Shown in pieces: positions 57,802 through 64,000 of a DNA stretch of 64,000 nucleotides. A program made the position numbers and the translations under genes. The notes beneath the pieces are model-generated. The model searched no databases, had not been told where the DNA came from, and saw nothing but the letters and a program-made list of their open reading frames with translations. This stretch comes from Patescibacteria group bacterium (GTDB lineage Bacteria > Patescibacteriota > UBA1384 > CAJBMM01). The stretch spans positions 430,481-494,480 of the forward strand of contig JBAZWC010000001.1 of NCBI GenBank assembly GCA_041660565.1, in the 5' to 3' direction. Every line of letters starts with the position of its first letter. Within the stretch, counting starts at the first letter, position 1.

Positions 57802-57996
57802 ATGAACGTAACACGGATGAGTGCAGCTCAGTTGGTGGACAGCCTCATCGACAAGACGGCTGAGCTCACAGAACTACGCCACGACAAGGACGTAACTTCA
57901 GTGGCAGCTAGGAATGCTCAGGACATTTGCACAGCCGAGCGAGACCAGTGCCGCGCTGAGATTCTCCGGCGGCTTGGAGCCAAGAAAGCCGAGTAG
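57802..57996 (+). CDS. 64-aa orphan, cassette 2 (remote paralog of cassette 1)
   Basis: SD gaggtg; promoter 57744-57783; terminator 58027-58066. Confidence 0.65.
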   Translation: MNVTRMSAAQLVDSLIDKTAELTELRHDKDVTSVAARNAQDICTAERDQCRAEILRRLGAKKAE

Positions 57997-58054
57997 CCCG
58001 CCATCCCCACCACCTCACCCTCCCCACCACGCCGCGGGTCAAGACCGACCGCGG

Positions 58055-58678
58055 CTATTTATTTTGGGAATACGACTGAATTACTTTAACAATCGCCTCG
58101 TGAACTTCATCAACAGTCCCAGATGCATCAACCACCTTTATTCGATCAGGATTATTTTTTGCCAAATCCAAATACGCCTGACGAATTTTTTGATGAAATT
58201 CTAAACCCTCTTTTTCAAAACGATTCTGATCTTCTTGCCGCGACAACCCGATCTTTGGGTCAATGTCTAACAATATCGTCAAATCTGGTTTGATATTACC
58301 AGTGGCAAATAGATTCAGATTATTCACCTCTCCAAGTTCAATCCCGCGAACATATCCTTGATACACCGCGGATGAATCGATAAATCGATCACAAATAACC
58401 ACAGAACCTTTGTGTAAATGCGGCTTGATTAGTTTCTCACAAACTTGCGACCTAGACGCTAAAAATAGAAGCAGTTCGGCGTTGGTCGTTAGTGGTGACG
58501 GTGGATCTAAAATAATCTGGCGAATTTTTTCGGCTGTCTCTTCACCACCTGGCTCTCGCAGGGTAAAAACATCATGCTTAGCCTCGGTTAACCACTCGGC
58601 GAGCAATTTTACTTGCGTCGATTTACCGGTGCCTTCGCCACCCTCAAAAGTAATAAAAATGCCGTTTAGATTTGCCAT
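58055..58678 (-). CDS. tmk: Thymidylate kinase
   Basis: FITFEGGEGTGKSTQ, REPGG, CDRF, PDLT. Confidence 0.96.
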   Translation of the reverse strand: MANLNGIFITFEGGEGTGKSTQVKLLAEWLTEAKHDVFTLREPGGEETAEKIRQIILDPPSPLTTNAELLLFLASRSQVCEKLIKPHLHKGSVVICDRFIDSSAVYQGYVRGIELGEVNNLNLFATGNIKPDLTILLDIDPKIGLSRQEDQNRFEKEGLEFHQKIRQAYLDLAKNNPDRIKVVDASGTVDEVHEAIVKVIQSYSQNK

Positions 58679-58687
58679 TCGATTATC

Positions 58688-60196
58688 CTATCGTAATGTA
58701 AAATGTTTATCCACAATCAACGGTTTGTCTTGATTATACGGAATGTTTAATTGCAGAGCCAGCTCGGCTTTAATTAACTCTAGCGTTATATCCACATAAT
58801 GATCACCGCGCGACAGTAAATTACGTTTGGCTAAACGTAGCGCAATTTCACGCGCTTTTGTGCCAATTTCTTCGGCAATTTCGGTACCTGACAAACTAAT
58901 TAGCTTTAAGATGATTTTGCCACCATCAACCTGTATTCGCACAATTCCACGTGGATCTAAATCTGCAGACTCATCAAATTGCGCTTTCACCCGCCCGCGC
59001 AACGCACAATCCACCAACTTTTTGGCATTCTCCCAATCTTCTTCGTACATATGCGCGGAGTGCGAGGTGATGGCCAAAGATCCAATTGGCAAATTAGTCT
59101 CTTCGGCAACGTATTTTTGTAAATTTAGCAGCGCAAAAGCGTTGGGTAACGCCGCCTTAAAGATATCATGTGATCTGAATGTGGCGATTAAGTTTAGTTT
59201 ACCTTCAACGGTCGTCAAAAACTGAATCAAGCACAAACACGGTGGTGAGTGATGTTTCATATCAAACGGCGGGTACAACGTGGTGCCAAAAGCGCGGCGA
59301 GTGATAGGTGATGATTTTAGATGACGTACAATCTCATCAACTTGATCTAAATCACCCGGGTAATTGCGCAAACGGCTCCCATAGGTGTACACCGTGCCCT
59401 CGGGCAGCTTTGCATCCAAAAACGCCGTGGCGTATTCTTTAAGCATATCTTTGTGCATCCCAACTGCTTTCAACAGCTCCTCCGGCCAATCCGGAATAGC
59501 AAACTTGGCTAAATCTTCTTGATGAATCACCCAAGTAACCACCTGCAACTCTTTCTGCAAATTGCCATATTCGGTTTTTTTGATGCCACCGTAAAGCAAA
59601 ATGCGATCAACCACCTGCGCCCATGCGCCAGCCAGAGTAGGATGATGCACTGCAAACCCAATTTCTTCCGATGGCGCCGAGGCGTCAACATCGCGCTTGG
59701 TTTCGGGAAAAGAAGTGGGCTTCATATATGGCTTAGTGTCTGAGGTTAGATTTTTCACTTTGGAGATCATTTTGTCGTAGTCTAGGTCAGATAAATCGAG
59801 CAATTTAACATTTTGGCGCACTTTTTCTAACACGTCCGGATCAATTTCAGGATGCAGCCTGTCTGATGTTCCGTTTACTAGGTTATCTTTGCCTATGCTA
59901 CTATCGAAAAAAGTTTTGAGTAAATTGCGGCCGGCAATGCCAAATTGAGTGTTTGATAGTGGCGCGTTGCCCCAAACCACCATCGTTTTAATGGTTGGAT
60001 TCAAGCACAAATTACGCAAAATCACCGAAACGCCTTCTTTGCTGTAAAGCGTACCCATCAGCCCAATGTGCTTGGTAATGGTCGGATCTTTTTTGAGCAG
60101 CAAATTTGGGTCGGACCAACACGTTGCCAAACCAACCGAGGCGTTTTCACCGGTCACCACCGGATATTTTTCAGGTAAATAAAGTTGGTATTTCAT
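58688..60196 (-). CDS. thyA: Thymidylate synthase ThyA-like core fused to an N-terminal MtrA-like and a C-terminal DUF4346-like domain
   Basis: YTYGSRL, DQV, TRRA, PPCL, FRSHD, PN and SAHMY motifs; N-terminal G.LYSKEG..ILRN..NP.I; C-terminal DPRG. Confidence 0.8.
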   Translation of the reverse strand: MKYQLYLPEKYPVVTGENASVGLATCWSDPNLLLKKDPTITKHIGLMGTLYSKEGVSVILRNLCLNPTIKTMVVWGNAPLSNTQFGIAGRNLLKTFFDSSIGKDNLVNGTSDRLHPEIDPDVLEKVRQNVKLLDLSDLDYDKMISKVKNLTSDTKPYMKPTSFPETKRDVDASAPSEEIGFAVHHPTLAGAWAQVVDRILLYGGIKKTEYGNLQKELQVVTWVIHQEDLAKFAIPDWPEELLKAVGMHKDMLKEYATAFLDAKLPEGTVYTYGSRLRNYPGDLDQVDEIVRHLKSSPITRRAFGTTLYPPFDMKHHSPPCLCLIQFLTTVEGKLNLIATFRSHDIFKAALPNAFALLNLQKYVAEETNLPIGSLAITSHSAHMYEEDWENAKKLVDCALRGRVKAQFDESADLDPRGIVRIQVDGGKIILKLISLSGTEIAEEIGTKAREIALRLAKRNLLSRGDHYVDITLELIKAELALQLNIPYNQDKPLIVDKHFTLR

Positions 60197-60222
60197 TAAA
60201 TCCCTTGTTCGAATCAATCCAA

Positions 60223-60789
60223 TTAGTCCAATTCGGCCAATTGGATCTTTTTTACCGGCCTAAACGACATGCGGTGATGCTGTGACGGCCCATATTTCTG
60301 CAACCGCTCTTGGTGCAATTTGGTACCGTAACCAACGTGCAATTTGAAACCGTAGCGGTCGTCCGTATCTAACCCATACATTAACCTATCCCGATAGACC
60401 TTGGCAACTATGGAGGCGGCACTAATCTGTGGCACCAATAAATCACCGTGAATTATTACCTCTTCTGGAATGTCGGTTTGGCATGAAAAGCCATCAATTT
60501 TAACCAAATTCGGCCTTGTTTTAAGTCCTGCAAGCGCCAAACGCATTACCAACCGGTTTGCCTCGGCTAGGCCTAGCCGATCGATTTCAGAAGCGCTGAC
60601 TTCAGCGATAAATAAATCTAAAGCGACCTGACGGATTATTTGGTCTAGCTGCTCGCGCTTAGTTTTAGATAACAGCTTTGAATCGGTTAACCCGTCTATT
60701 TCGGTATCGAGAATGACGGCGGCGGCCACTATTGGCCCCGCCCACGCCCCTCTACCAACCTCATCAATCCCGGCGATTATTGTATTCAT
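60223..60789 (-). CDS. rnhB: Ribonuclease HII
   Basis: AGIDEVGRG..AGP, DSKLL, IDG, SAASIVAKV.RD, GYGT..H; ATG at 60789. Confidence 0.95.
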   Translation of the reverse strand: MNTIIAGIDEVGRGAWAGPIVAAAVILDTEIDGLTDSKLLSKTKREQLDQIIRQVALDLFIAEVSASEIDRLGLAEANRLVMRLALAGLKTRPNLVKIDGFSCQTDIPEEVIIHGDLLVPQISAASIVAKVYRDRLMYGLDTDDRYGFKLHVGYGTKLHQERLQKYGPSQHHRMSFRPVKKIQLAELD

Positions 60790-61011
60790 TGGCTTTATCT
60801 TATCATAACTCGTCGACCTCCGTAGGGGCGGACTCATACTTGTCCTTCCGTAGCTCAGAGAGCGAAGGGGGATGTCCGCCCGTTTGAGGGATAACAATGG
60901 ATAGCAAAGGATGACGAGGGATTTTTGGCACAAAAAAAAGACCGTATTGGTCTTAAAAAAGTTCTGGGCGGCGGGGATTGTCTCCCCGTCGCCCATTCCA
61001 TGTCGTGTGCG

Positions 61012-61350
61012 TCACGCCTCGCAAGTCGCGTCAGAAGCAGCCTTGGTCTCCGTCTTGAGCAATGCCAAACACATCTTTGTGAACTCGTCACGGATGTCCG
61101 CAGGCATATTCCACGGTCTATCACCGAGCGTCTTGAGCACGCTCGAGACATACTCGGCCGCGAACTTGCGCATCTCGTCGAAAGACATAGCCAGCACCGC
61201 TAGGAGCTGCATGTCGGCGACGAAAGATCCCCATACCTCACCCCATTCCACGGCATTAGAAGGAGTGAGAGCCGGAATGATCGCGAAGTAAATGTTGATC
61301 TTTGCCGTCAGCTTAACCTTGATCGAAGCCACGTCCATCATAGTGTCCAT
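61012..61350 (-). CDS. GC-rich orphan protein
   Basis: SD aggag, own leader and promoter about 61430-61465. Confidence 0.6.
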   Translation of the reverse strand: MDTMMDVASIKVKLTAKINIYFAIIPALTPSNAVEWGEVWGSFVADMQLLAVLAMSFDEMRKFAAEYVSSVLKTLGDRPWNMPADIRDEFTKMCLALLKTETKAASDATCEA

Positions 61351-61506
61351 TTCGTGCTCCTATAGCCTACCATTCGGCTGCGGCCGAGTACGTGTGTCAA
61401 AGGACTCAACGACTTGTCCTGCCGTGATACCACTATATTATCATATATTTTAATAAATGTCAAGGTAGATATGGACAAATTAAAGATGTTATGCTATAAT
61501 ATAGTA

Positions 61507-61998
61507 GTCTAAATCTTTTCGGATCATCGCCCCTAACGGGGAGGAAAGTCCGGGCACCTGATAAGCGTTGTACTGACGCATCTGCTAGCATTAGTTAGCA
61601 GCGAAGTCTAGCTGCCCCGTCATTCGACAGGGCAAGGGAATAGTGCAACAGAAAATACACAGCCAGCCAATGCGTTGCATTGGAAATTCGAAATTCTAAA
61701 TTCCAATTTATAAACATAAGGAAATTTGTTTATAGGCTGGATTCCCGCCTGCGCGGGAATGACGCCTCGAGTTTCTAGTGCAGCGCGTCGGGGGCAAAGG
61801 TGAAAACGTGTGGTAAGAGCGCACGCGCTTTAGCAGCAATGCTAATTTGTGAAAACCCTGCATGGTGCAAGTCTGGTGGACCATTCGCTTCAATTGTGCT
61901 TATCCAAGAAGCGGGTTTGGCCCAGACGCGTAGATAGATGATGGTCAAGTATTTGTTTACAAATACTACAGAACCCGGCTTATAGAAACGGTTTAGAC
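61507..61998 (+). ncRNA. rnpB: RNase P RNA with an enlarged P12 region
   Basis: gaggaaagtccgggc, agtgcaacagaaa, ggtgaaa..ggtaagagc, acagaacccggcttat; P1 gtctaaa/tttagac; promoter tggaca-17-tataat at 61472-61500. Confidence 0.93.
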
Positions 61999-62020
61999 AT
62001 AAAAAATGACGCTGTTAGCG

Positions 62021-62338
62021 TCATTTTTTGTCATTTTTATTTAGATCAATTACTAATGAAACATGAGATGAGGGCGGATTTTGAGATAACGATCGATTTT
62101 CTTCTATTGAATCAAAAACTATTTTCGCATCATTTTCAGCAGATTCGGTGATGCTTTTCATCTCTTCTTCGCTTAAATTGTATTCAGATGGATCAAAATC
62201 TTGGTCGTCTTCTACCATCGTTTCTAACTCACGTACTCGTTTTTGCAACCGATCAAGCTGATTTTCCAACAGATCTATCCGGGCGTTAACGGTAGCAAAT
62301 TTTTTTTCAATTTTAGCAATAATTTGTTCTTGGTCCAT
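62021..62338 (-). CDS. Acidic coiled-coil hypothetical protein
   Basis: SD aggag, 105 aa. Confidence 0.6.
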   Translation of the reverse strand: MDQEQIIAKIEKKFATVNARIDLLENQLDRLQKRVRELETMVEDDQDFDPSEYNLSEEEMKSITESAENDAKIVFDSIEENRSLSQNPPSSHVSLVIDLNKNDKK

Positions 62339-62415
62339 TGTTACTCCTATGTAATTATCAGGATAAACTAGCCGGTGATTTTGTCAACCAAATTTCCCCA
62401 ATTGGGCAAATTGGA

Positions 62416-64000
62416 TTAATTTGATTTTAGAACATTTTTCAGATACTGCCCTGTCGATGATTTTTCCACCTTAGCCACTTCTTCCGGTGTACCCGAAGCA
62501 ATTAGCAATCCTCCAGCTACACCGCCCTCTGGGCCTAGATCAATAACATAATCAGCCGATTTAATTACGTCTAAATTATGCTCAATCACTAGTACTGAAT
62601 TTCCTTTATCAACTAAAGCCTGCAACACACTAATTAGATGTTTAACATCTTCAAAGTGCAAACCGGTGGTTGGTTCGTCTAGAATATAAAATGTTTTGCC
62701 GGTACCACGACGCGACAGCTCGGTGGCTAATTTGACTCGCTGAGCTTCTCCACCCGACAAAGTGGTCGCGGGCTGGCCAAGGTGAATGTAGCCCAACCCA
62801 ACATCAAACAACGTTTGTAGTTTGGTTTTGGCGGCTGGCACGGCGTCAAAAAACTCTAACGCTTGCTCAACCGTCATATCTAGCACTTCCGAAATGTTTT
62901 TGCCCTTATATTTGATCTCTAGCGCCTCGTGGTTGTAACGTTTACCGTGACATTCTTCACATGTTACATAGACATCGGGCAAGAAATGCATTTCAATTTT
63001 CAGCACTCCATCGCCATGACAAGTTTCGCATCGCCCACCTTTAACATTGAATGAGAATCTGCCCGCTTTGTATCCGCGCATTCGGGCGTCTGAGGTAAGC
63101 GAAAACAAATCGCGAATAAAGGTGAATAAACCGGTGTAAGTGGCGGGATTTGAGCGTGGTGTGCGACCGATTGGTGATTGATCAATAGTAATAACTTTAT
63201 CAAGATAAGATAGACCCAAAATCTCTTTGTGCTTGCCCGGATTTGTGCGAGCGTGATGGAATTTCTGTTCCAAAGTTTTGGCCAGAATATCGTTAATTAA
63301 AGTGGATTTTCCTGATCCGGAAACACCGCTGACACAAACAAACACGCCTAGTGGAATTTTAACGTCAATATTTTGCAGATTGTTCTGGGTAGCGCCCACA
63401 ATGGTTAGCGCACGATCAGTAATTTCTCGACGTAATTTTGGCGTCGCAATCTCTTTTTTACCAGATAGGTATTGCCCGGTAACCGAGTTTTCGTTCTTTT
63501 TGACCTCGGTTGGTGTACCAATGGCTACCACATTTCCACCATTTTCTCCCGCACCAGGGCCAATATCGATTAAGAAATCTGCTTGTTCCATTGTTTCTTG
63601 ATCGTGCTCAACCACAATAACCGAGTTACCTAGATCACGTAGTTTCTTTAGCGCATCTAATAGTTTGGCGTTGTCGCGTTGATGCAGGCCGATTGACGGT
63701 TCATCCAAAATATACAAAACCCCCATCAACGACGAGCCAATTTGGGTGGCTAAACGAATACGTTGCGCTTCTCCGCCCGACAACGTGGTGGCAGAACGAT
63801 CTAAGTTTAGATAAGCCAAACCGACGTTTTGCAAAAAATTCAAGCGCGATTTAGCTTCTTTCACAATTTGCTTGGCGATAACCGTGTTGCGGTCTGTTAG
63901 TTTAAGATTAGATACAAAATCATGAGCTTCATCTATGGATAAACTGGTTACTTCGGCAATCGATTTTTGATTAATCTTGACCGCCAGTGCCTCTGGTTTT
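62416..64000 (-). CDS. uvrA: Excinuclease ABC subunit A (5' part lies beyond the window)
   Basis: [25 protein letters not shown], Zn-finger CxxC pairs, DEPTTGLH. Confidence 0.97.
   Translation of the reverse strand, partial: KPEALAVKINQKSIAEVTSLSIDEAHDFVSNLKLTDRNTVIAKQIVKEAKSRLNFLQNVGLAYLNLDRSATTLSGGEAQRIRLATQIGSSLMGVLYILDEPSIGLHQRDNAKLLDALKKLRDLGNSVIVVEHDQETMEQADFLIDIGPGAGENGGNVVAIGTPTEVKKNENSVTGQYLSGKKEIATPKLRREITDRALTIVGATQNNLQNIDVKIPLGVFVCVSGVSGSGKSTLINDILAKTLEQKFHHARTNPGKHKEILGLSYLDKVITIDQSPIGRTPRSNPATYTGLFTFIRDLFSLTSDARMRGYKAGRFSFNVKGGRCETCHGDGVLKIEMHFLPDVYVTCEECHGKRYNHEALEIKYKGKNISEVLDMTVEQALEFFDAVPAAKTKLQTLFDVGLGYIHLGQPATTLSGGEAQRVKLATELSRRGTGKTFYILDEPTTGLHFEDVKHLISVLQALVDKGNSVLVIEHNLDVIKSADYVIDLGPEGGVAGGLLIASGTPEEVAKVEKSSTGQYLKNVLKSN

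Noticed and set aside
60790-60996. N-terminal extension of RNase HII
   Set aside because: The family starts at MNTIIAGIDE (60789); the upstream part is repeat and terminator DNA

Overview
Chromosomal segment of a small-genome bacterium, most likely Patescibacteria/CPR. This is an inference from gene content: gap-pfkB-fba-rpe-rpiB cluster, MtrA/DUF4346-fused thyA, rny-ymdB, GT2/GT-C glycosylation genes, a type IV pilin and many GTCATT-type REP hairpins. TGA is used as a stop (code 11). The AT-rich backbone carries housekeeping genes, 13 intact tRNA genes, an RNase P RNA with an inserted repeat, and an NrtR-regulated NAD salvage operon. No integrase, transposase, CRISPR array or rRNA is visible. 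Four non-routine signals stand out. (1) A tRNA-Gly(UCC) is split inside its anticodon by a 120-nt hairpin whose loop holds a second, complete tRNA-Gly(UCC). (2) Four GC-rich transcription units (26.0-27.85 kb, 45.0-45.9 kb) each have a promoter and a terminator-like hairpin but no conventional gene. They are dense strings of hairpins carrying SD-led micro-ORFs, and two begin with an rRNA-leader-like hairpin plus boxA-like motif. (3) A tandem cassette architecture recurs, in which promoter and terminator flanks are nearly identical while the cargo is highly diverged; boxA-like motifs also sit in the leaders of most GC-rich orphan islets. (4) There is an unannotated 49-aa, 10-Cys metallothionein-like gene. 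All function assignments come from motif recognition by eye; no searches or folding were run.
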